Part shown: piece by piece, positions 38,190-50,720 of the stretch | Layout of the letters: the number at the start of each line of letters is the position of its first letter | How positions within the stretch are numbered: position 1 is the stretch's first letter | Assembly: GCF_006345805.1 (NCBI RefSeq) | Contig: NC_043005.1 | Location: 32,302,001-32,366,000, forward strand | Origin: Octopus sinensis | Taxonomy: Eukaryota | DNA: 64,000 bases | Direction of reading: 5' to 3' | Notes under the pieces: model-generated | Databases searched by the model: none | Told to the model about the DNA's origin: nothing | What the model saw: only the letters and a program-made list of their open reading frames with translations | Program-made: the position numbers and the translations under genes

Positions 38190-39785
38190 ATCATTATTTA
38201 ATATCCTTTTTTTTCCATGTTGGCATGGGTTGGATGGTTTGATAAGAAAAGACAAACCAGAGGAATCTGCCAGGTTCTATGTTTCCTTTGGCATGGTTTC
38301 TACAGCTGAATGCTCTTCCTAACACTAGTCACTTCATAGAGTGTACTGGATGCTTTTTATGTGGTGCCAGCACTGGTAAGGTTGCCACGTAGCCACAAGA
38401 TAAGACCCCTTAACTGAGCAGACTGGAGGAATAAGAAACTATGATAGAGGGAGAGCAGCAAGTGTCTTGCTGGAGAGGTGAATACCTGGCTTGCTTACCT
38501 GGAAAGTGAGAGAAAGAAATGAGAAGGCGGGAGAGTGAGAGAGAGAGAGAGAGGGGGGGAAAGAAAGATGAGGTCCATGTGAATATGAGGCAGAATCAGA
38601 AAGAAGAGTGGAAAAAGTGGGCGTGTAGCTAAGTGCATTGAGTGAAAATAATGTGACAGATGATTAGAGATAGGAAATGAGCTGAATGCAGAAGATCTCA
38701 GTTTAGTGGAAGTGGAAGTGAAGAAAATGGGGTAACATAGAACTTTTAATGGAAGAGTGGGTGTTAGAAGATGAGTTGAGGGGAAGGCTTGACAGATTTT
38801 CAATTCTGCTCAGATGGACAGATATTTACAAGCATAGCATAAACCATTCATCTCAGTTCCCTGTCACCTCCTCAGAGATGCTCAAACATCTTGAGGTCAG
38901 TCTTTATCACTTTATACCAAATTTTCCTAGGTCTACTTCTTCCTTATGTTCCTACTTTGTTTAGAGACTGGCACCTCTTTGTGCAATTGTTCTCATCCAT
39001 CTGCATCACATGCTCATACTAATGCAGTCTTGCACACCATATGTGTTGTCTTTTATACCCAGTTTTTCTCTGAACATATTTGTTCTTTGTCATACATACA
39101 CACTGACATTGCACGTCCATTGGAACATACTTATTTCATTGCTTTTAAGTCTTCACATGTCCTCTGCTTTCATGGCCCAAGTTTCATACCCATGTAGTAT
39201 AGCTGTTTGTTTACAAGCGTTATGTGATCTGTCTTTCACCTTGAAAGAGTGAGGCCTTTTGTTAGCAACAGAGGTAAAATTCTCTGAACTTTCTTCAGCC
39301 AGTTCTTATTCTAGCAACTATACTTTTAGAGCTTCCTTCTCCTCTGCTAATTAGGTCACCTAGGTAATAGAAACTATCTACTACTTCTAGGGAGCTTTGT
39401 GGGCATTCCAGAACATCTGTTTCCTCTGTGCTTCTATTGCACATTCTCTATTTACCTTCTTGAAATTCCACTACACCTCTTACATGTCTATAGTTTGCAC
39501 TGAGTACTCCATATGGAATTTCTACCTGCACCTTTTCTACACATAGAACAGAGCCATTTGCCCAAAGAGATTAACATCCTGCTTGTTTTCCAGCTAACTG
39601 GAACTTTGGTATCTGCTAAGTTAACTCAAAAACTTTTGATTCCATGTTTTGTTTCCATACTTGGAATTTTAACACATCTACATTTTCAGCTGTAAGAACA
39701 AGGTCATTAAAATATAGGGATTCCCTTGGGTAAGTGTAGAGGTTTAATTTTTGCTAAATACTTCTGTAGTTGCTGAACTATAAAG
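38190..39785 (-). mobile_element. Old RTE LINE 3' half with UTR and tail
   Basis: Reverse complement of the ~29640-30995 region, including a near-identical GAAGCACAGAGGAAACAGATGTTCTGGAATGCCCACAA segment. Confidence 0.85.
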
Positions 39786-40139
39786 AGGTGTAGACAGTTA
39801 TCTCCCTTGAAACCAGTTGTCTCATCCATTAGCCACTGGATGGTGCATGTCAGGTGTTGCATTGTGGGAGAATTAAATCTATAGCTTTTGGACAGTGCAA
39901 CCAAAGTGATTAGACTATTTTCTTTTTGCTACGATTCCAAGTGATGTAATGGTCAAACATAACAACCTCTTATTATATGAATATGAAAGCACAGAAACTG
40001 CCTTTATCTTTCTCTATACAAATACTGTAATTTGCATGCAGTATAAAGATTAAAATAACTTACGGCCGTATTTGCAAATTCTTATCATCTTTTTATTCTC
40101 ATATTTGGAGAATGTCTGTCTTCTACATTTCAGCTTTCT

Positions 40140-40541
40140 TTGTTAGGAGCAAAAGTTCCTAAAAGAACATCAGAAATGATGATCATGCTCTTGATTGAGC
40201 TGCAGCTCTGTTGTGTGCCTGTGCCATTCAAGACATTGTGTACAACCCATTACCTCATCGCTGTAAGTTTGCCAGAGCATGCTCAATGTCTCTGTAGCAG
40301 ACTTCCCAAATTCAATGCAAAATTTCATGTTGGCTCTTTGTTCCAACTTCCTGTCCATGACAAAGTCATAGACTACAACATACACATGATGACAAAAATA
40401 CAAATTTCACAACTTACAAAGTAAACACAGTGATGTCACTTGGCTTACTACCTCATGAGAGTCACCGTTTGCTCTCATTGTGCAAGCAACTGTGTGCTGT
40501 GATCAGTTATTGCACTACAGGAACTTTTTGATAGCACCTCA
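40140..40541 (-). mobile_element. mariner remnant (N-terminal HTH + TIR)
   Basis: EQRANMKFCIEFGKSATETLSML.QTYSDEVM...CLEWH (ORF 40170-40403). TIR-like TA|TGAGGTGCTATCAAAAAGTTCC on the minus strand. Confidence 0.8.
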
Positions 40542-41317
40542 TAGAAAGGATAAATGAATGAGTGTGGAAATTTTTGAGAAGAGATGGGTTAAAAGGAAGT
40601 TTGAAAGAGAGAAATTTATCAGAACTTACATAAAGTTTAGTGTAGAAGTTAGAAAACGAGAGTAAGTAGTGAGAAAATATGACATAAATATCTCATATTA
40701 TTTTCATTGTTACAAAGTATGTCAAATAGTTAAAAAAAACCCAGATTGCATTGTTGTAGCAATGGTTAGTGAACCGTTTGTGATAGTCTTTGTCAACGAG
40801 GGAGTGTTTTTCAATAAAGGAAATAGTTGGCTTTTGAATATGTCCTGAAATATTAATATGAAAGGATTAAAAAAATGTTTTTATTAGTTTGTCAGAAGGA
40901 GAGACAACAGTCCTGATCTTTATAGGTGTTCCCAGACTGTAAAGGTTGTTGTGGTTGATTGTTCAGTTTGAAGTTCTGTAAAGTTAATGTCTAGGTACAA
41001 AGAGAATTTGAGAGAAGTGAGGCTCATGGAAGAATGTTCAGGCCAAATGTTTAGAGTGGAGCTGAAAGGGTGGTGGTTGTAGATGTGATAAATGACTGTG
41101 TTGGGGCATAGGATGGTGTTGCTCCAGAGGACAAGGAACCGTTGTGATTCAACTATATAAGAGACAGGGAGAGAGAGAGAGAGAGAGAAGTAACACTGCA
41201 TCTTTGAGATATGTTGTGACTTGTGGCTGAGGGACTCTATACCATCAGTTCAATGGCCTTCTTTTTGGGATGCGTTCTTGGCTATTTTTGTGTGTAAGTT
41301 GCTAGCAATACCCTACA

Positions 41318-41510
41318 CAGGTGACTAGTATGCCAAATTGAGTTTTACTTGCTCTAGATAGATAAGTAGCACTCCAAATTGAGTATTACTTGCCCTAGAT
41401 GGATAAGTTGCACTCTAAATTGATTTTGCCTAACATAAGTGAGTAGTACTCCAAATTGAGGGTTACTCATCTAAGATAGGTGAGTAGCACTCAAAACTGA
41501 GTCTTACTTA
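41318..41510. repeat. ~41-bp minisatellite, 4-5 diverged units
   Basis: Unit ~GATAAGTAGCACTCCAAATTGAGTATTACTTGCCCTAGAT. Confidence 0.8.
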
Positions 41511-42319
41511 AGTTTTGTGAAAGTCAGCCACTGTTCAGAACTAAACTATTCTCTGCCACTGTGGAGAGAAACTTAATCTTTAGAAATTTAGACAAGCATG
41601 GAAAAGAAACCTTTGATCAAAGGATCCATTTACTAACAATAGATAAATATATATATAAATATCCCAGCATGCATTTCAAAAATGAAATATTCATGAATAT
41701 CAGAAAATATTCTATACTAGAAAGATTGTCAGTCAATTTTATGTTGTGTTTCTATATTTTAAATTTTATCTTTAAAGCAATAACAAAGCTTGTTTACTCT
41801 TGAAATTTTCAATGAGATCTGATGCTGCCACAGAATTTAATACAGTCATTCATAGATATTGCTATGGAGATAACTGAAAGAAATTAATGAGCAATTTCAG
41901 GAATTTATGAAATGGTTCCTCATGAATATTCACAAAATTATAATGCTACTGCGAGAGAGTGTTTTAAGAGAGAATGGAAACATATTTTGCGAGAGTATTG
42001 ACTTAGTCTTTCTGAGGAATACATCTATCCGTCTATCTCTATAAGAATTGCCTCTTTGTTTGCTTGAAAATATAACACAACACCACAAACACGCACACAC
42101 ACATGCACACACACTCTCATAGATATATGTATATAAATACAGTATCAAATATCACAGCTGTCATTATTGTTGTGTTATCGTCATAATGACGAATGACAAC
42201 AACAATATGATGATGACAAAAACAGCAATGATGACGATCATTATCACCACCACCACCACCAACATTGTTGTTGTTGTCTTCATCATCGCTGCCATTGTTG
42301 TCATCATTATCATCATCCT

Positions 42320-43315
42320 AAGATTCCATCAACTTCCAGTGGGGTAAGCTAGAGGTAGTAGATAGCTTCCGTTATCTAGGTGACCAAGTTAGTAGTGGAG
42401 GTGGATGCTCTGAAAGTGTAGCTGTGAGAATAAGAATAGGTTGGGCAAAGTTCAGAGAGCTCCTACTTCTGCTAGCAACAAAGGGCCTCACCCTCAGAGT
42501 GAAAGGCAGAAAGTATAACACCTGTGTGAGAAGTGCTATGCTGCATGGCAGGGAAACATAGGCTGTGACAGCTGAGGATATGTGTAGGCTTGAAAGAAAC
42601 AAAGCCCGTATGCATCACTGGATGTGCAATGTCAGTGTGCATGTACGACAGAGTATAAGCATCTTGAGAGAAAAGCTGGCCATAAGAGGCATCAGATATG
42701 GTGGGCAAGTGAGATAACTACACTGTTATGGTCATGTGATGTGCATGGATGAAGACAGCTGTATAAAGAAGTGTTGATCCCTAACAATGGAGGGAACCCG
42801 TGGAAGAGGTAGAGCCAGAAAGACATGGGAGAATGTGGTGAAGCATGATCTTTGAACTTTGGGCCTCACAGGGACAATGACTAATGACTGAGACCTTTGG
42901 CAATAGGCTGTGCTGTGCTTGAGAAGACCTGTTAAGCCAAGTAGAATTATAGTCATGGCAGATACTGGTGTCAGGCAAATAGCACCTGTGCTGCTATCAT
43001 GTAACTGGCATGTAAAAAGCACCTTTCGAGTGTTGGGCCTCATGGAGGCAAAGTGGCCAATGCTGGCAGCACATGAAAAGCTCCTTTTGAGTGTTGGACC
43101 TCATGGAGTCCCAACACACAAATGGCATCTGTGCTGGTGGCACATAAATGCACCCATTACACTCTCAGAGTGGTTAGTGCTAGGAAAGGCATCCAATCGT
43201 AGAAACCATGCCAAATCAGACTGGAGTCTGGTGCAGCCTTCCAGCTTACCAGCCCTGGTCAAACCATCCAACCCATGCCAGCATGGACAATGGACATTAA
43301 ATGATGATGATGATG
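42320..43315 (+). mobile_element. RTE LINE 3' end with UTR and (GAT)n tail
   Basis: EVVDSFRYLGDQ..RIRIGWAKFRELL..KGRKYNTCVRSAMLHGRET, continuing into the tail consensus. Confidence 0.88.
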
Positions 43316-43564
43316 GGTGTATATATATATGTGTGTGTGTGTTGTTTATTTAAAGGCCACAATGCATGTATTAAGGCTCTATTAATAGTTTCATATGTTG
43401 AGAGAACTTAAACATATTCTTCAAGTGCAAACCAAATATCATAACATGAAACTATTAGTAGCACCTGTGACATTCAAATAAATAATATTTATCTCTCACC
43501 AGATGGAGTACATTTTTTTGGTGAATTTTCTGTCACAGGCCAGTACATTATATACATCCTATAT

Positions 43565-43895
43565 ATCATCATCATCATCATCATCATAGTTTAACATCCG
43601 TTTTTCCATGCTAGCATGGGTTGGATGGTTCGACCGGGGTCTGGGAAGCCAGGAGGCTGCACCAGGCTCCAGTCTGATCTGGCAGTGTTTCTGCAGCTGG
43701 ATGCCCTTCCTAACGCCAACCACTCCGTAAGTGTAGTGGGTGCTTTTTACATGCCACTGGCACAGGGGCCAAAGGAAGCTGGCAAAAGGCCATGATTGGT
43801 TTGTGTTTTTACATGTTACCGACATGGATGCCAGTCAGGTGGCGCTGGCATCTGCCATGTTCAGACGGTGCTTTTAACGTGTCACCAGCACGGGT
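43565..43895 (-). mobile_element. RTE tail/SINE
   Basis: Reverse complement of the tail consensus. Confidence 0.85.
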
Positions 43896-44009
43896 ATCTT
43901 AATACCTATTTTTAGCAATAAACTATTACCATAAACAACATGTTGGGCATAAGGACAGGAACTGAACAGGAAACAGTATAGGACATGGAACAGTGTAATG
44001 GTAAATGGG

Positions 44010-45320
44010 AACTGTGGATTTAGAGATGTATTACTCGAAGCCTTTGACGAAATAGAAGGGGATATAGCTTCACATGATGTGGAAGACAACTGGAGGTTTC
44101 TACAGGACAACCTGCTGAGGGCCACTGACCAGATCTGTGGATGGTGCAAAGTCCCCTCTCGACCCAAGATAAGGTGGTGGTGGAACAATGTTATTGACAG
44201 GGCTATTAGAGAAAAGAAACAAGCTTGGAAGGACTGGAAGAACGGTGGTAGCAGGGAATTGTATCAGACTGCCAGAAGGGAAGCTAGGAGACAGGTTTAT
44301 TTAGCCGGAGGGGAAGCAGATAAAAAAAAATTGCCAATGTTCTGTGCCGTGAGGACCAAAGACTTGAGTTATTTCATGCTGCAAGACAGTGTGTGAGAGA
44401 GAATCATGATGTAGGAGAGAAATGTGTCCGCATAGATGATGGTTCACTTGCACTAAATGAGGCTGCAAATAGAGAGGTTTGGAGAAGCCACTGTGAAAGG
44501 TTGCTCAATAAAGAAAAGGAATGGGAGAAAGAGAGTCTGCCGAATGTTGACCCAACAGAGGGACCAGCTATCCAAATTGGCAGTACCTTGGTAGATAAAG
44601 CAATTAAGAGTATGAAGACAGGGATGCTCAAAATATCTGGCGGCGTCAGCAATAGCCTAGTCACCCGTATTGTTAACCAGGTGATACATGAAGGAGTCAT
44701 ACCAAATGACTGGTGTAGAAGCATAATAGTCAACTGCTACAAAGGTAAAGGAGACGTTTTAGAAACAAAGGATTACAGAGGTATCAAGTTGCTGGATCAG
44801 GTGAAGAAGGTCACGGAGAGGGTCATAGCCCAACTAATTAGAGAGAGAGTCAGTTTAGATGAGATCCAGTTTGGGTTTATGCCAGGGAAAAGCACCACTG
44901 ATGCCATATTTCTGGTAAGGCAGCTGCAGGAGAAATACCTTGCCAAAGATAAGCCTCTGTACCTGGCTTTTGTTGACATGGAGAAAGCTTTTGACAGGAT
45001 TCCCCGATCCTTTATCTGGTGGTCAATGAGGAAACTAGGGATAGATGAATGGTTAGTGAGAGCTGTGCAAGTCATGTACAGGGACACTGTCAGTAAGGTG
45101 AGGGTTGGCAATGAGTACAGTGAAGAATTCTGGGTAGATGTAGAGTCCACTAAAGTTCAGTCCTCAGCCCCCTCCTATTTATCATAGTCCTCCAGGCAAT
45201 AACAGAGGAATTCAAGACAGGATGCCCCTGGGAGCTCCTCTATGCTGATGACCTTGCTCTAATTGCTGCATCACTATCAGAACTAGAGAAGTTTCAAGTG
45301 TGGAAGCAAGGATTAGATGT
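44010..45320 (+). mobile_element. Young RTE LINE fragment
   Basis: ORFs 43998-44396 and 44393-45187, plus LLYADDL at 45238. Same family as 35893-37110. Confidence 0.93.
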
Positions 45321-45529
45321 GGTGCCCATTGTATGATTCACATGCAGAATATTGCTGTGTGATTGTCACACTGATATCCTTTGCTATTATGGATGAGATA
45401 ATGCTGCAGGGAGCATCAGTATCGTGCATCATGTCTATCATGTGCCCATTGAGTGAGACAGATTCAAACACTGGTTTTTTTCCGATGTGTGACTGATAAG
45501 AGTCCTGATTCTATCCTAATGACTCATCC

Positions 45530-46835
45530 TGTAAACGTTCCTGGCACTTTAGCAAACTTTTGCATAGTGGCCTTTCTTGTCACAGTTTTCATAGATAGAT
45601 TTTATTGCAGGACATTTGTGTTGTGGGAACCAGAGTTTTCCACAGCAGTAACAGGATTTGTCACTTACATTTTTTCTTTTATCTTGTGCAGTTGTTTTGG
45701 AATAGGCAATAACTTCCCCTTTTGAATACTACTTGCAAAATTCAGATATTTGTGAAGAACATTATAAAAATTGTACTGTAGCTTTTAAACTGAGTTCATT
45801 TAACTTCATTAGCTTGAAGAACTTTCTCTCTTTCCTCACTGCTTCTTAGATCGACAACCGAGACAGTATGAGTTTTTCACTCACTGATGTTTTGGATGTT
45901 TTCAAACTTTCAAAATTGTAGTATTCACTGGTGTGTTGCGGATTTGAAAGAATTTAAGAATTAACTCATTGGGTTGTTGAATAGTAGAGAAGAATTTTGT
46001 TCCTTTGGCTAATATCAGTTTCTTTGAAAGAGCAACATAATTTAGAATAAAAATTTTAGGTTATCATAAGTCATTTTCATAATATTCTTCAGGATATTGA
46101 TATCTCGCATAATTTTTAATGCTTGTATTCCTACCAAAGAAATGAATTTCCTAGCCATAGGACTTTGGTCATTATCTTGTAGGTTATCCTTGAATTCATC
46201 CATATAAGCTTTTGCTTCAAATGTCAGGAGCCAGGTTGAGACATTTTCGGTCGTCATCATCATCATCATCATCGTTTAACATCCGCTTTCCATGCTAGCA
46301 TGGGTTGGACGGTTTGACTGAGGGCTGGCAAACCAGATGGTTGCACAGGCTCCAGTCTTGATCTGGCAGAGTTTCTACAGTTGGATGCCCTTCCTAATGC
46401 CAACCACTCTGAGAGTGTAGTGGGTGCTTTTACGTGCCACCGGCATGGGGGCCAGTCAGGCAGTACTGGCAACGACCTCACTCGAATCTTTTTACACATG
46501 CCAATGGCACAGGTGCCAGTAAGGTGATGCTGGTAATGATCCCGCTCAAATGGTGCCTCCTACATGCCACCAGCACGGAAGCCAGTTAGTCGCTCTGGCA
46601 ATGATCATGCTCGGATGGTGCTCTTAGCACCCTACTAGCACGGGGCGTCACCAAGAAATTTCCCTTGCTCTATTGGCAATGCCATCGTCAAGATTTGTAA
46701 TTTACTTATTTTATAAGCATAAGTATAGGAACAAGGATCAAATAGCCATAAACTGCGATTTTCTATCTCCCCGTAGTGGAAGCACAACCAACAGCAGAAC
46801 GTATGAGGAGGGGTAACAACATCAACCATGTAACA
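45530..46835 (-). mobile_element. Ty3/Gypsy gag remnant with possible short 5' LTR (46696-46835), interrupted by an RTE tail
   Basis: MALPIEQGKF|insert|ENVSTWLLTFEAK..FISLVG..MTYDNLK and knuckle CYCCGK..QHKCPA...CDKKGHYAKVC. Candidate LTR reads TGTTA...TTACA. Confidence 0.65.
46253..46655 (-). mobile_element. RTE tail/SINE inserted in gag
   Basis: Tail consensus with repeated TGGCA.GTA modules. Confidence 0.85.
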
Positions 46836-47379
46836 TCAATTGTGTGTCCCCATTATTTTAATTGCAATATATATAAGAAAAAAACAGACGAGTCCACATA
46901 AAACTCATACATGCCATGTGTCTGGCTGTTTTTAATTATTTAAACAAACACAGCACCTGTCACATACTCTTTAGAAGTTCAATACATGATAGTATGTATG
47001 TAAGAATGTATGGTTGTGTGGGTGCGTGTGTGTGCACACATACACATGAACCCACACACATGTGCGCGCACACACAAACACACACACACAACCATATATA
47101 CATTTATTTCTTCAATGTGAATATGATCCTAATTACATGATGTGGTCATGTCTGAAAGAGAAGTGAATTATATTCTTATCACTCTTCCTCCCTCACAACC
47201 AAGACATCTTATGAAAGAAGTAATATAACTCTGTGTTAATCAAACATAGATATCAGTTATCTACATATTAATTTTGCTATCACCTTCACCACAATCATCA
47301 CTACCATCACCAATATCTTGTTGTCTGTTAGGTTTATTGATTCACAATTGCAAGCTTCCTGCTCACCCTTGATGTATTC

Positions 47380-48040
47380 TTCCTTGTGTGCAAAGGAGGA
47401 GGCTGTGCTGGTTTGGTCATGTGGATGTATGATAACAGTTGCATAAAGAAATGCAGATCTATTAAGATGGAGGGAAGTTGTAGAAGAAGGAGACCCATGG
47501 AGAAATGGGAAAAAGTATTGAAGGCCAACCTCAAAATGCTGAACCTTACAAAGAAGTTGACAGAGGAATGAGGTATGTGGTGCATTGCTGCACTCATGAA
47601 GACCAGCCCACTGCAACAGAATCAAGATCCTAAAACCAAGGTGCCCCATAAAAAGCATTGGTGTGGGTGCTGGACCCATATAAAAAGCACCTAGTACACA
47701 CTGTAGAGTGGTTGGCATTAGGAAGGGCATCCAGCCATAGAAACCAAGCAAAATAGACTATGGAACTTTTGGCCTTATCAGTTCCTGTCAAACTGTTGAA
47801 CCCATGCCAGTGTGGAAAATGGACGTTAAATCATGATGATGATGATGTTAATGATATATGTGGTTGGTGCAAAGTATTTCTCCTGCACTCTTGGAGTGGT
47901 TGGTATTAGGAAGGACACCCAGCTGTAGAAACATTGCCTGGTGCAGCTGCTGGCTGTCCAGACCTCAGTCAAACCGTCTAACCCATGCCAGCATGGAAAA
48001 TGGATGCTAAACGATGATGATGAGGAGGATGAGCATGATG

Positions 48041-48072
<32 letters not shown>

Positions 48073-48087
48073 GATGATGATGATGAT
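47380..48087 (+). mobile_element. RTE 3' end followed by two tails with (GAT)n
   Basis: RRLCWFGH..KKCRSIKMEGSCRRRRP; tails end at ~47850 and ~48087. Confidence 0.75.
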
Positions 48088-48356
48088 AATAAACTGTGTT
48101 GTGACTGTGCACTGGTAAATTTCATTTTTTTCTTTTACAAGTGTTATTAAGGTGCAATTATCTTTATTTCTGCAGTCACATAAGTTGTATTGTGGGGGAT
48201 AGTTACATACTACTGGATTGGTGTATATAGATGAATTATTATGAGGTGTATTATGATTGATAGGATTATTATAGTTAGTATTATCATTACTATGTTTGGG
48301 GTAGTTATTGAAGTTATTATTATTATTATTATTATTATTATTTTTTTTTTCTTCTT

Positions 48357-49007
48357 TCAAATTTGCTTCCATTTCTTGCCGAGTGTCTTCCCGACTCCTA
48401 GGGCAAAGAAACTCGTAGTATACATTGGTAGGCCATTAAACTAAACTCAATAGTTCGTTCATTTTTTTTTTTTTTAAGTTAAATTAAAATACATGAGCAG
48501 CAACAGTTCTCACATCGACAATGCTCTTCTCAATACGTGTGATGTACCAGTTAAGACAATCTTTTGCACTTCTTGCAGGGATGGTAAGCCAGGGATCATT
48601 CTCATATAATTTTCGGTTCCCTTCTTGATCATTCCTAGTGCTCCTACGATCACTGGTATTGTAACCGCCTTGAGATGCCACATTTTCTCAATTTCAATGA
48701 GTAGGTCTTTATATTTTCTGAGCTTGTCAAACTCTTTCGCTGAGATATTATGATCACAGGGGATGCTCATATCGATCAATAAGCAAACTTTATTGTTTTG
48801 GTCTTTCACAACAATATCTGGTTTATTGGCCTTGATGGTTCGGTCTGTATGTACTGGAAAGTCCCACAGAATGGTTACATTTTCTCCTTCAGTTACAGCC
48901 TCAGGGTGGTGATTATACCACTTGTCGGCAGTTTTGATATTGTAATGCCGACTTATTAGCCAGTGTAGATATTGGCCAACTCTGTCATGTCTTAATTTAT
49001 ACTCCAC
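48357..49007 (-). mobile_element. Young Dong-type LINE 3' end (REL domain + UTR)
   Basis: ORF 48510-49070: RHDRVGQYLHW..ILWDF..NKPDIVV..LLIDMSIP..KYKDL..PVIVGALG..LRRALSM, open and flanked by ATT tracts. Confidence 0.92.
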
Positions 49008-49049
<42 letters not shown>

Positions 49050-49081
49050 CATTATCCTCATCATTATCATTATTATTATTA

Positions 49082-49511
49082 TTGAGTGAGAGAGCAGTTC
49101 ATGCCATCAAAGTGACACTGGGGTAAAATATACGAAGCTCAATATACCCATCATGACTACCTGTCTGATAAGGGTACACCAGGCACATGCATCACAACCA
49201 TATGTGCGTGACTTGGTGATCTCATATCAAGATAAACAGCACATGACCTTGCAGGTGGGGCCCAGTTAGAATTTTCTTCAGGTTGAGTAGCCCATCCCGC
49301 TCAAAAGGTCCCTGAATAAGGGTCGTTTAAGGATGTTGAAAGAACCACCCATGTTTCAAGAGGTGAATTATTCAAACCCCAAAGAATCCCTTTCAGCACA
49401 TGGCTATGATGCTCCCCCACTATTTCTGCTCGTGATCAGAGATGCACATATCGTCAGCCACTAAGGGACATGCTCAACTAGTTAAGGTCAAACAACTGAC
49501 AAGCAAATCTG

Positions 49512-49548
<37 letters not shown>

Positions 49549-50010
49549 CATTATCTCATCATTATCATTATTATTATTATTGAGTGAGAGAGCAGTTCAT
49601 GCCATCAAAGTGACACTGGGGTAAAATATACGAAGCTCAATATACCCATCATGACTACCTGTCTGATAAGGGTACACCAGGCACATGCATCACAACCATA
49701 TGTGCGTGACTTGGTGATCTCATATCAAGATAAACAGCACATGACCTTGCAGGTGGGGCCCAGTTAGAATTTTCTTCAGGTTGAGTAGCCCATCCCGCTC
49801 AAAAGGTCCCTGAATAAGGGTCGTTTAAGGATGTTGAAAGAACCACCCATGTTTCAAGAGGTGAATTATTCAAACCCCAAAGAATCCCTTTCAGCACATG
49901 GCTATGATGCTCCCCCACTATTTCTGCTCGTGATCAGAGATGCACATATCGTCAGCCACTAAGGGACATGCTCAACTAGTTAAGGTCAAACAACTGACAA
50001 GCAAATCTGT
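49082..50010 (-). repeat. Tandem duplication (period 498 bp) of the (TAA)n-tailed non-coding repeat
   Basis: 49082-49512 and 49580-50010 appear identical, with the same truncation point. Confidence 0.92.
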
Positions 50011-50439
50011 TGTTATTATTATTATTATTATTATTGATATTGTACTTCTATCTAAATAAAAATTATCTAGCTTTTTATTATTTAGGGAGGAAATGACGCT
50101 AGCTAAGTTATGAGTAAGACTGTTACCTATCTTTATTGTTTTACTATTAATAATTTCTGAGTACTTGCTATTCTTATCAAAGTGTTTATTTATATTTTGA
50201 ACATAGATTTGACTAAATTAGTTTTAGTTTGCATAGCATACAGGAGTATAAGCCAATTACTATCTTTTGTTTTCCCAATATTACTACCATACAACACAAT
50301 TTTATTGCTGTTTGAGTGATGAATGCTATGTTTATGCTTATTTGTATTTATCCTCTTGTTTTCTATGTTATACACGTTAGTCCCTCCATTGGTGGTGCTA
50401 CCTTTAGGTTTCTGCTTATAATATTTTATGTTGGTGTTT

Positions 50440-50720
50440 TCTTCTTTAGGTACAAGGTCCGACATTTTTGGGGAGCAGGCCAGTCGATTAGATCAACCCC
50501 AGTATGCAACTGGTACTTAATTTATCGACCCCTGAAAGGATGAAAGGCAAAGTTGACCTTGGCGGAATTTGAACTTAGAACATAATTCCACTGAGGTCAA
50601 GATTGCTTTTCATCCTTTTAGGGTCGATAAATTAAGTACTAGTTGCGTGCTGGGGGTGATCTAATCGGCTGCCCCCCCACAAAAAAAAAATTCGTGTCTT
50701 GTGCCTAAAATAGAAAAGAA
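50440..50720. mobile_element. Two SINE A fragments in opposite orientation
   Basis: Minus copy ~50440-50582 joined to a plus copy ~50583-50720. Confidence 0.75.

Noticed and set aside
40750-41300. Possible old retroelement coding fragment
   Set aside because: Only an isolated YLDI-like word was found, which is insufficient to classify.
41318-41510. CRISPR-like array
   Set aside because: Units are contiguous and diverged with no unique spacers, there are no cas genes, and the context is eukaryotic.
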